The notes under the pieces are model-generated. The model worked only from the letters and a program-made list of their open reading frames with translations. It was not told the origin of the DNA and did not search any database. From positions 1 through 64,000 of the forward strand of contig JAUGWO010000119.1 in NCBI GenBank assembly GCA_049724395.1: a DNA stretch of 64,000 bases, given 5' to 3'. This DNA is from Spongospora subterranea f. sp. subterranea. Its lineage: Eukaryota. The first letter of the stretch is position 1. Each line of letters opens with the position of its first letter. The translations under genes and the position numbers were made by a program. Shown piece by piece: positions 38,875 through 50,317 of this stretch.

Positions 38875-40154
38875 TTACATTAAACGCAATGCTCCTGCTA
38901 CATAACTCACGGAACACTCCTTAACCGACGTACATTTGGCTGAATGGGCATAATTCAGAAACTGCATGCAGTACTGCGACGGTCCGAGAGATGCAACAGC
39001 ATGCAGTAGCAATGAGATGGGGACTCGGCCACAGATTGTGTTCCCGTATTTCTGTAAATAGCGTTCAAATTTGACAGGTTGCAGCGTTTGAATGGCTCGC
39101 ATTGCCAGTTGATCAATAGCGCAGATGGACTCGTAAACTGAACCATGTAAAGGATTATAATAAGTATATCCGAAGCGATCACCAAAATGCATGAAATCGG
39201 ACGAGATGATGAATAGAGTGCTCGGATCCGCTGATAAAACATACATGTCATGCATAGTTTGAAGATATAAAACAGTGAGTCTGACCTAGATATTTCGCGA
39301 AAATGCTGCCGTATTCTTGTTGGCGTTCCTTTGGAACAGATCCGACTACGATGGGCACGATTCGGCAATTACGTGGATTGAAAGTATAGGCAATAAAGGG
39401 TAAATGCTGACCAGGGTGCACTCAGATCAAGCATTGGAATGATCAGTTGAAAAAAAGCGGTGAATTTTAACAACTGGTGACGTGACAGTACTGAAGAAAA
39501 TGGTGAATAAAAATCCGACCATTTCAATTGAATGTTCTCGCTCATCAATCGATTTGGTCATCACTTCAAATATTCCTGTTTCCTGAAGTTCTTGTACAGT
39601 CTCAGTGCAAATGGTCAGGTTTCCGATTGGCGTCTCGCATCCATCGACAGCAGGAATCATGCACAACCCTGTTGAATGGTGATGGGATGGACCCTTAATC
39701 AAAATCAGTTTCAGATAGCTGCCTCTGCAATGAATCAGTACCGCAATCATACTAGTATAAATATGCGACTGTATCTCGAGGGAACAATATGTTTATACGA
39801 ATGTGCAGCCACCTAAACTCAGAACGCGAGTTACAATCAACAGAATCGTTCATTGACCCTAGAAAAATACCTGCCCAGAATACCTAAACTATGATCAGAA
39901 AAGACCAACACAATCAATAAATCGTGAACCCTAACCTATATCCAGCGTGAGGAGCAATAATAGCACGAATATTACTGACAGAGCCTTTGACCCCGTCGAA
40001 CCATTCCGAAATCTGGCAATTGAGCTTATCCCCTACCGAACCGATTCAAAGAAAGCATCCCGTGAAGGTTCCTCTCTGGCCCTGCCCTACCGTCTGATTC
40101 ATACCAGGTCCCAGCATGGGTGGCTGATCGTGATCCGTTCTTCCTCTTATCCAT
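38875..40154 (-). CDS. MEMO1: MEMO1 family protein, multi-exon
   Basis: ATHAGTWY, PHAGY, GPSHH, TPIGNL, EHSIEM, SSDFMHFG, NTICGRVPI. Confidence 0.92.
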
Positions 40155-40399
40155 TAATTATCCAATATGAAAGAATAACCTGTTAATCCGTGTGATCATG
40201 TGACCGTGTTTCACTGCGCTCTCAATCACTTCGTCAGTCAAAACTTCATGGATCCACTAACATATCATCTCTTCGTTTCCGTGTAACATCATTGCCAGTG
40301 TAACAGAGCCACTGACTACCGCAACAGACCAGACCGATACCTTTTCAGACCAAGTTCGATTTTTATTGATATCTGGGTAACCGGGAGACGAGAAGATTG

Positions 40400-41020
40400 T
40401 TCAATGCAGCGTGGAGCGAAATGAGCATCGAAGCACATATGACTGCCACATTGATTCCCATTGATATGCCGTCTTTCTCAATGATAAATGTTAGATTGGT
40501 TCCCATTGATATGCCGTCTTTTTTGATGATAAATGTTAGATTGGTTCCCATTGCTATGCCGTCTTTTTTATGATAAAGCAAAACAACGAGGGGTGTCCGA
40601 TCACGTCGACAAACAACACTGCGAAACCGCATGGCTAACATTTATCATAAAAAAACTGCATAGCAATGGGAACCAATGCAGCAGTCATGTGCGCTAATCT
40701 TTATTTAGACGCTTTCGATGCTCTTTTGCATTCATTAATGTCGTTACATCGACGATATCTTCATGATCGTACCAGACATTGAAGTTTTTATCGCCACCAG
40801 AATATAAATAAATTCATTCCTACAAGGTACCTCTCTCACCTTTGATCATAGCCGTGAGACGTAGATTTTCTGGATCTCACCATTTATAATCTCAATAATC
40901 GGTTGAAATTTGAAACATTCCAGAAACCCATTGCCATCTTCCAATATCTCCTTTCCTCAAGCAATCAGTTACATTAAAGGCGAACTACTACACAATTGTT
41001 GAAACAATAAAATGGAAGAA
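40400..41020. mobile_element. Penelope-like element RT relic with a 45-bp x3 tandem and fold-back of the GxxMG motif
   Basis: Plus strand IAMGTNAAVMCANLYL, FLDLTI and FQKPIAIFQYL are PLE RT motifs. Minus strand KDGI(A/S)MG(T/I)N occurs three times (units at 40450, 40495, 40540). Confidence 0.72.
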
Positions 41021-41024
41021 GTAC

Positions 41025-42946
41025 TGTATTGCGACGTAGGGCGTATCAGTTAGATGTTGTAAATAACAAAGTGTATTAACAATGCGCTAAGGCGCATCAT
41101 CGCCACCTCGAAATAAAAGGTTAATCGGCAGGACTTCAGAGCTTTAAGCCGTCGCTTAATAAAAACAGGGCAGTCCTGGAGAAAATCTGTTACAGGCTCC
41201 CAGGAATTCTCAATATCCTCAAAGCTGAGCCATGAATATTAGCTTCCCAAATAAACCCATATTGGGATCATAATGAACATCCAGGACATTTTCAAATCCC
41301 GCGTCATCATGCGAGAATTTCTTGCAGACATCTTCTGTAATGTTCAGTGTCGAGTCGGCGTAGAACTTGAGTCGAGAGGAGTGGCAACATGATTTTTTTT
41401 TGGTAAGAATACTAATACGGAAGGGCCCAGTCCAGAGAACCTTCAGCTTATTTTTTTAAGCATTTAAAGCATTAGACACTAGGACAAAATCTCCCACAGA
41501 GAAGAGTGGGAGCTTAACCCTATTTCGCCTACAGTTTCAACAAGACGCCGTTGGTCCGTCTTCTCCCCGACAGGTTTATGCCACTTTTGCAGGGCTGGTC
41601 GAAGATCCTCCACTAAAGCATTTAGATTTGATCCAAATTTAGAGGGACAATCCAAAGGTGAGGACGGCGATTGGCCACAAAAGAGTGTGACAGCCGCAAG
41701 CCGATCAGGAGGCGTAGAGTGGTTGAGCGCAAAGCGAACAAGTGGAATAAGAATTGGTCAATCCCTCAAGTCGAGGCGGAGCTCGGAGATGAGGGATCGT
41801 GGGACATGAAAGAATGCGACGATTGACGACTACAATCGTACCATTGGGCCGGGGCAGTATGCCAGAGTAAAATGATGACGGATATGTAGGTTTAAACAAA
41901 GATTTCCAATCAACGAATTTTAAGAAATGGGATCCTCGATCCGAGACGAAGGTGAAAGTATTCTATACCGGCAGATCCAGTCAAGTAGACGTTCGGCTGC
42001 AAAAGCGGCAGTTGGATTCAAGCAGGGAAACAGTTCGGTAAAGGACGACAAAAGTCGCCTGGTCGTCCTTTGTCTCCATATTGTCGTGTTCTAATTGGTG
42101 GCGTCTATGATTGGGCAAGTAGTGACTCGGGCTAGGCAAGGCTGGGTTGCCATCCGATAGATCAGTGCGTCAACGTCAATCCCTAGACGTCGCAGAAAGG
42201 GTCTTCCCGACATTGGAATGTCAGCCATTCAAATTTGGTGACGCCGGAGGGTAACGGATCCGCCCTCCGGTTCCAGGAAAACTTAAAAAAGTACAAAACG
42301 TGAGCAGATGCCCTCATGGTCGCTGGCAAACCGGAAAGTGATTGGGTCTATGAAAACAGCTGAATCTGGGAAGTTATCAAATAAATTGTCTCCCATTACA
42401 GAAATCCGCGCCGTCGTCGATTGTTTTTGAACGACGGCTGTTGCAAAACCGACCGAAAGAATAACCGAAAACCCAAACACTTAAACCTCCACCCTTCGTA
42501 CTCTAAAATCGGAGATTCTTTCGGTTGGTTCTGCAACAGCCGTTGTATCCGCTGTGCCAAGGTAGCGGAAGGCATCATCAGTAGAAATAGTCTCACTGAA
42601 CTTCGGTAGTTCAGACGAGGAAATGGGATAGGTTTTCGTGGAAAGGGCTTTAGCAGAGACAGCAGGCTTGTCATTTATTGACTCTTTGAACTTGCAGTAG
42701 CAGCTGACTCATCACTTGGTTGGTTTGCTGCTGCTGTTGCATAAAGCTTTGTGACGACAGGTTGGATGGAGAAAAAGGAATCTAGATAAGAGGGACTTGA
42801 GGCGGAGGGGGAGGATCAGAAATTTGGTTCATCGGTATAGAGGAAGGTTTCATGGGATTGTGGATGGTTTTCCCAGACCTTGTTTGCATAAACTTTTGTA
42901 CCCTAGGGAGGAAGCGTAGTGGTCACTATTGCGCCGTAGGGCGTAT
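41025..42946 (-). mobile_element. Internally deleted Ty3/gypsy (chromovirus-type) relic
   Basis: GRPFLRRLGIDV (protease), FVSDRGSHF (integrase), KVLWTGPFRI (GPY/F) and SWLSFEDIENSWEP (chromodomain). A 20-bp direct repeat tattgcg(a/c)cgtagggcgtat lies at both ends. Confidence 0.75.
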
Positions 42947-42954
42947 GAAGTCTG

Positions 42955-43089
42955 TCTTCTTCCATTATTGTTTCGTAGTAGTTCGCCTATAATGTAATCT
43001 TTGACTGTGTTACGGTCGTGATTGCTTGAGGAAAGGAGATATTAGAGGATGGCAATGGGTTTATGGAATGTTTTGAGTTTCAACCGATT
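42955..43089 (-). repeat. Inverted copy of the Penelope RT segment 40897-41020
   Basis: The reverse complement matches aacattcca.aaacccattgccatc...cctcaagcaatca...cgaactactac. Confidence 0.75.
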
Positions 43090-43483
43090 GTTAACTCTGC
43101 TTTATTCAAAAGGTTAAGCTTCCGGAATTTGCGAACAATGCCCCCGGAGCACCGGATTATTTTATCTGTGTTGGACAGCGCCATCTTGTGCGAAGATAGG
43201 CCACAATGGAAATAAATGGACAACGCCGTAGTTTGAGGAATAACAACTAACCCACACCATTGGATTATTTGACAGTCCTGAAATATTTCGAACGACAAAT
43301 TTCAAGGCCGAACTCAATTTGACAAATTTCGATTAGTTGGTCCAAAGCAATCAATAATGACGGTGTGCGAGGGCCACGGGTGTGGCACGGCGACACACCG
43401 GCCGGGACTGCACTATTGTCCAGTGCACAGAACTGCAGTTGGCGTGTTTGAAAGTGGAGCGCGACCTTCCGAACTCAACTGTT

Positions 43484-43548
43484 CCGGCCGACTGCAGTGG
43501 TCCGGCCGACTGCCGACTGCAGTGGTCCGGCCGACTGCAGTGGTCCGG
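43484..43548. repeat. GC-rich 18-bp tandem repeat (ccggccgactgcagtggt) x ~3
   Basis: Directly visible ~100 bp upstream of the CBS gene. Confidence 0.85.
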
Positions 43549-43642
43549 CGACCGATACACTCAACCAAAGCAGGACAGTCATTGGCTTTCCCCTCAGACA
43601 TTTCTGTTTTCTTCATCGCGTATCTAACACGAGCGGTCGCCA

Positions 43643-44878
43643 ATGTCGGAACCGCCTATACAAGTGGGACTTCATGCCGCTTATCCCCCCTTAGATGCTC
43701 TTTTACAGGCTCCGATCACAGTCTGTATTCCTCCCGAGCGCAATCTGGTTATTCTACACCATGCGTCGACGGTTGAGGCCGCCCTTCAGACGCTATCCCA
43801 GGCGCGTGTTCTGGTCCGTTTATCGTCCTTTTGCAATCATTCCGTATTAATTAACGAACGCTGAGCAAAGTCGGCTCCAGTAATGCGTCCTCACACTGAC
43901 GTTGACAGTTCTGTCCAATGGGTGGCCCTTGTCTCATGCCATGACCTATGCCGATTCATCGCCACACAAGCAGACTATCAGGCAGCCATGAAAACGCCAA
44001 TAAGTAAAGTGCTGGCCACATCGAGTTCCTCGCCATTGCAAGGTTCGACCGCATATTGGCAAACAAGTATCCTCTCCCATGAACCTGAGGCCATCTGTTC
44101 AGTTGAGGGACGAACCCGCATCATTAACGTGATTGAATTCCTAGGAAGTACTGGTCGGATGCACCGGTGCTTGGTCAACCGACAGAAAAATGGACTTCAA
44201 CCCTCTCCTGTATCCCAATCGGATATCAATCGGTGTATCGCATCCCATCTCTACGACTCAGAACCATTAATTCACTTTGCCAACGTGCAATTGCAAGCTC
44301 TAGGTATCGTCTCCATTAAATCCGCTCAACTCGGCCATCACACGACCGCTGATCAGGTTTTGGAGGCAAACGCCCTGTGTCTATAAACGATGATGCGACG
44401 TTAGCTGATGCGATCCATACACTAACCCAAATGCAGGTCTCATGTTTGGCTATCATCGATAAATCCCAGAAGACGTTGATTGGGAATTTCTCCCCATCGG
44501 ATTTACGAGGACTAGGTAAGCTATTGACCACTGGTCCATGAAGAAACTGGCAATTCTGATGTTATTTCTTAAGGTGCTGAATTGCCCGATCTTCTTCCTA
44601 AGAAGGTAGTTGACGTGTTGCGAAAGTACTCTCCGGCGTCATTGGAGCCGATATCGGTCTCGCCCACCGAATCGATTGGGGTTCTTATGACCCGTATGGC
44701 GACTACCAAACTGCATCATATATTCTGTCAGGATCCCAACGGAAAACCGCAAGGACTCATTACTCTTACCGATATCTGCAATATTCTTTACAAGGTACGA
44801 TTTGCCCGACATTTCTAACCCTAGTCCAATCACTGATATCTGATTCTATAGTTCAATCCAGACGACAATAAACAATAA
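43643..44878 (+). CDS. CBS-domain protein (AMPK-gamma/SDS23-like), 5 exons
   Basis: STVEAALQTL...VLSAPV, MHRCLV...VSQSDI, LIGNFSPSDLRGL and LHHIF...GLITLTDI. GT-AG introns keep the frame. Confidence 0.85.
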
Positions 44879-46254
44879 TTTTGTATTCGTCAATGCAGTT
44901 GTATTTTATTTTTAGATCGCCTGTGCGATACTGACCACGAGGCCGTCAATAATGGGTTGCCTTCAATCTCATTTCCCGTTTGATTTGAATTTCATTGTCA
45001 CTCATAATCCAAATCCGCGGCCAATTTCCATAAACGTCCAGCTGCTGCATTATGGGCAAGATCTCCCCATTTTCCCCCATTTTCATATTACCAATATCAA
45101 CCATGGCAACTACTAAGACGACCATGATTGTCTGACGAAAAATAACTTTCTCTCATCCTGGGTTTTGCGCGTTGTTTCTCAATCCCTATCGATGGCGAAT
45201 TCAACAACTTCAACTTGATGAACCTGTTGTGGTTTGCATTCATTTGTCGATTTTGAAGTTACGGCTGGCTTGAATTCAAGGGCCAGTCTCATGGCGACAG
45301 AGTTCCTAGTGACCTGTGCGGTGACGAATGGCTGACAGTTTTTAATCAACACGCCCTGTCCAAGACCGAAACCGCCCTTCGCTCAAATCCAAATCTGAAC
45401 TTAATCGAGAAGTTGAGTTGTACGCTGTCGCTGATGCGGTTATTTTTGTCAGATTCGATCAAGACGCATTCAGAACTCCCAAACAGATGACCTCCAGACG
45501 ACGAATTAAGAGTTTGAAAGTCGAGACGTCATTGGTGTCATTCAATAAGAATTACAACAGTACTTTGATGATGCAACTTGGCAATTTTCTAACAGTTCGA
45601 TAGGAAGCGACGAACCCGCTCAGCATAATATATTGACAGGTGAATTTCGGTGGTAAAACTGGCACAAGAACGTATGTAGGTCATGGGGGGATTCGCTGCC
45701 CCCAACTACACGCTGACATTATCAAAAACATAATGCAATGATTTAGCTCTTTTTGTAGGCATTTATACGGCATTCACAAAAGGAACAAGGGTTCAGCGTA
45801 TATACAGAGTAAAACCATAGTGAGTAATCAGTGATAGTTTACTATTGAATTGAAAATTCCAGCACGGGTAGGAGTAAATACCAGCAAGCAACGAACCTGA
45901 ACCATTACCTCAAATCGAACCTGAGTCTATGCAAATGTTAGTCAGGATCCGCTGGCAGGACAGCGAGTTCAGCTGGCTTGTGTGCAATGGACCATTGACC
46001 CTAAATCCTAATATAGGCCATAGAGCCGTGTCTGTGACTGCACTACACTTCCCTAGTCATGCCATGCCGGCTCCGTTACACACTGCTCCAGTAGTCGTCC
46101 TGCCAGCTGCCATCCTATCATGCTGCATGCTGCAGTGGACCACCAGTACCAGAGATTGCTCATCATCCGCCTGGCATTGCTCGAACCGCATTCCGCAAGT
46201 TCCTCCTGTCTTTAGTTCGCCGTCGTCATCGTCGTCGTCATTGGCATCATCGTC

Positions 46255-46995
46255 ATGATCGTATCTCAGATCGTGGTCCCCGGCCGCCCACCGCTATCAG
46301 CTCTTCCATGCCGGCCACATCATCAAAGACGCCAGCCGGCCCGTGCCGCCAACGTCCCAGACTGGGTCGGTCGCCGAGTCCACATTCTACGAGGGCGACA
46401 AGCTGGAGCCTTTGGCACAATCGTTCAATACGCTGAAGGCAAATTCAGGATCGTACTGAACGGAATTGTCATCGTTAAACACGCCGACGACGTTGAGCTG
46501 CTTGACGATGGGGAGATGATGATTGATATTGACGACGACATGATCGGGAAGCGAGTCCTGATAACGGGAGGAACATATTCTGGATGTCCTGGCGTGGTTC
46601 GCGGCAGAGCATTGGGGTCGTATTACTGTCTAGGGATGACTGATCGCCGAGGGCAACTCATGATCATCATGAAGAAGGCGGAAGATGTTCGTCTGGCACC
46701 ATCCGATGATAAATCGACAACGGACGCGACCATGACCGTTGCCGCTAACATATTGATGGATATGATGGACAGGCGGTTGGCCAGCGAACAACAGCAATAT
46801 CTGGGCAAGCGACAGGCTGGCGTTCAATGCGAGAAGAATGACCCGCTGGCTCCATGCGAGAATCGCCTCAATGGACAGCAGCAGCAGGCCCAACAGAAGT
46901 CGATTCAGGTTCCGAAATATCAATACGGATATCAAGTTGTGAACGGGTCTAAGCCAAGGACCATTGATCGAATACCTTTCGCCAATAGGTCCTGA
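46255..46995 (+). CDS. Protein with two KOW motifs and a Q-rich tail; start uncertain
   Basis: VGRRVHILRGRQAGAFGTIV and IGKRVLITGGTYSGCPGVV. Confidence 0.7.
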   Translation: MIVSQIVVPGRPPLSALPCRPHHQRRQPARAANVPDWVGRRVHILRGRQAGAFGTIVQYAEGKFRIVLNGIVIVKHADDVELLDDGEMMIDIDDDMIGKRVLITGGTYSGCPGVVRGRALGSYYCLGMTDRRGQLMIIMKKAEDVRLAPSDDKSTTDATMTVAANILMDMMDRRLASEQQQYLGKRQAGVQCEKNDPLAPCENRLNGQQQQAQQKSIQVPKYQYGYQVVNGSKPRTIDRIPFANRS

Positions 46996-47232
46996 AATGA
47001 CCAGCGAAAACCGGTTCGGTTTCGAATAACTTATCAACATCAGAACACAAATAACTCTACTCGAATAGCCCCACAACACCCTCAATATATGAACAGATTT
47101 CATTCAGATTACCCGATTGTTGCAGTGGATCATAACAGATATATTTGACTGTAAAAGGATATAGACATACGAACGGAAATCGATGGGGATTACAGAGAAC
47201 GAACAGTTTGGGTTGAGATGGTCCACAACCGA

Positions 47233-49883
47233 TCATGGACACGATATATCAACCTCGGCCTTGGACGGTATCACTTCACTTGTATCCGGATGGATTGGGG
47301 GAATGGCCATTGGCTCCTGAACCGCCGCAACATCGACTTTTTTCTCATTCGTCGTCCTCTTGCCCTTCCGATGTTCTTTCTTCTTCGACACACACGATTT
47401 CATGGTTTCCTGTATAACGAATATCGTGCAGAAGAAGAACTTGAACATGTTCAACGCGAAGAACACGATATACGACCCGTAGATGTATTTCTCATGAATA
47501 TCGCCCAGTTTCGATATGATTTCAATGAACAACGCATTAGACGCTAACCAGCCAATCACCATATTCGATCGGAACGTACGAAATCGAGCATCGACAGATT
47601 CGAGATCGGTCTTTCGTTTGGCCAATACCTGAGCGTGTATCTCCTTCTGTTTACGAGTGGCACCTTCAGCCATATCGTTGTTCTCAAGCCCCTTGGTACC
47701 CCAGGAGATATCGTGGATATTGCAGAAGGAATAGATTGGAAACCCGATCAGGAACATGGGCAACATGAAGAAGTATTGGATGATCGAGATGCAGATGGCG
47801 AACAACTGTCCATGGAGCAACCCGGCACTGAAATAGACGGCCAGACCGCAGAGCGACGCCACCCTGAGCGTATAACACTTCGGTTCGTTTGGCATCGGCC
47901 GACGCCTGATCTGGATATTGTGAATAATCCTGTGTCCTGAACAGGAGTCGCACGTTGATCGCCAACACGTAGAAGAAGAAGACGCCATAGCCGACGGCGC
48001 AAAAGAAATAGATCATGGGCAACTCGTCCGGCCGATTACCAAGACCGGCGACACATTGGACCAAGGTCAGGATCAGGAATAAGGCGCGGAACACCTTCAC
48101 CTCCATATTCCCTTCCATCTCTGGGCCAACGAATCAGACGCAACGACGTGAACAGAACCGGACCGGACTTACGGTTGGCGGACACAGCAAACTCAAACAT
48201 GAGATAGAAATTGGCCAATAGGAACCATTGCAGAATAATGTTGATCGAATGAAACCAGAACTGCATTGATATGAACGACTTCCTCATACGGCTATGGGCT
48301 GAGTTGTTGGCGAACTTGCGGAAGTTGCCAATGGCGTAGATCATGGCGAACAGGGATCCGTTCAACCATCGCCGTCGCTGTTTGATCAGATCCGTTAATG
48401 ACTCCGGGACATCGGTCGCTGCTTTGGCGTCTTTCACGTACTTCAACGTCCATTTACAGTTCTTTTCAGCCAGCACCTCAAAACACAGGATACGATCTTC
48501 AGCAAGATACATATTGCCTTTGAACGGAGATATCTGAACGATATCGGTGTTGATCTGTTTGAAGTACTGGTTCAACGGCTCGCCCACAATCGCTGCATAC
48601 CGATAGGCGCTGAACGCTCCGGGCAGAACGCTGATGAACCCGAACACCGACTCCATCGATTTCTCCAGAATCGTGGCGATTTTGTACTCGAACTGTTGGG
48701 CGGCGATCCATGGGTTGATGGAGGCGGTGACGCGGGTTGTGATCTCGCCGCAGCACCCGCCGATTTCTTGATCCGCTTCCATCGCGTCGTACAGCTTCAG
48801 AATGGCCGAGTGCTCGGGCTTCGTTCCCACATCGAACATGAAACAGTAGGTGGGCTGGATCTGGGCCGAGAACGCGTTGAAAAACCAATGATGTGAGTCG
48901 AGTTTCCCGCCGTTGCGCTCTTTCAACGCGAAGATTGTCTGAAGTGGTTGGGCTGGGCCCGACATGTTCTCGGACGGAATCAGCAACGTCGACTCGAACA
49001 GATGCATTCGAATGGTCTGCGATTTATCCAGGGCGGCGTGCATTTGATTGGCGTCGTAGATGCGCAGCTCCTCCAGATAATCCAATGACCCTTTATCGGC
49101 TTTGTGTCGCCCATCGGCAACAATGCACATGCAGATCTCCTTCCAGGCGTCTTCGCCCAGCTCCTCGATGAACGTCTCGATGTTGCGGATGATCCCTTTC
49201 AAGGTGCGCTTCAGCTCATCGGTGTCCTCATTGTACATCGTCACGACGATGAACACTTTGATGTTCCTCCCATTCTCCATCGTTCTCAGCGAATAATTGG
49301 CTGCGAAATGATCAGCATCACACTCAACCGACGTATATCGCATCTCGAATTCCGACGTCTTATCGGGACCGCTCACTTCGTCGTCGCTCATAACATCGGC
49401 CGCCGTCAAGTACTGGACAACCTCTTTGACGCCGTATGGATTTGAGCTGGAAACCAACGATCGGGTTCCACCTGACGATTGCTTGGTCTTCAGAGAATCG
49501 ATTCGACCCGTTGCCAGTGATGATATCAACGATGGGGCGTGAGCTGGACCGCTGGCATAGGATCGAATACCGACCGGGGCCGAACTGGACGTGATCGCGG
49601 AAGCGACCGAACGTGACGAGTAGGCTGATGCGCCATATGGGGAATACCGGCCATGGTTCGAGCTGAAGCGATTGATGGGGGCGATGGCTGAAGGTGACGA
49701 GAGATCGGAGGACGAGAAGCTTTGCGATGATGGAGACGTTATCTGGTTCGGGTCAACCGGATTAAGATCGGCGGCGGTCGGCGCACGAACCTCCAAATTG
49801 AAACGGGACGAGGAACCAGGTACATTATTATTTCCTCTACGACGACTGCGATAATCGTTATCGGATAAATCGGAATTAGACAT
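47233..49883 (-). CDS. CHS: Chitin synthase (GT2), one intron ~48122-48173; apparent +1 frameshift at 47862-47864
   Basis: TMYNED, DGR, KERNGGKLDSH, DVGT, QQFEY, VLPGAFSAYR, LAEDRIL, QRRRW, SWGTKG and transmembrane segments. Confidence 0.96.
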
Positions 49884-50317
49884 TGGTTCAGAGTGAACAG
49901 GATTCTGTCAAAGATGACCCAAAGGTTTAGCGATAGGAGCGCGTGCCACTCGCCCACCGGAATGATATCGCCAGGAATCCCCTCGCACAGGGACCGGTGA
50001 TCTACCGAATCAAGGTTAATTGTGGGTTTCTACGATAAGAGAGCGGGTGGAAGACCAAAATTATGATCGCAGCAAAACCATGGTCTGTGAAGAAAATCTC
50101 CCCCTCTTCATCATAGATCAGATAAATATCAGAGGTGGAGCACATTAAACATTTCTATGATCGTCACACAATCAATAAATAGCACAAAAATATCGGGCAG
50201 TCGCACGAACGAAATACTTTATCGATACCCGGCAATTACGTATCCAAAAGCAGCACATTCGAGGATGAGGCAACTATTGGGTCGTTGTATAAATCAATCA
50301 TCACGGATTAACCAGTT

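Noticed and set aside
44300..44360. Frameshift in the CBS-domain gene
   Set aside because: Explained by a GT...AG intron that restores the frame (AL|GFGGKRPV).
48120..48175. Frameshift in chitin synthase at the end of the 615-aa ORF
   Set aside because: Explained by a GTAAGT...CAG intron.
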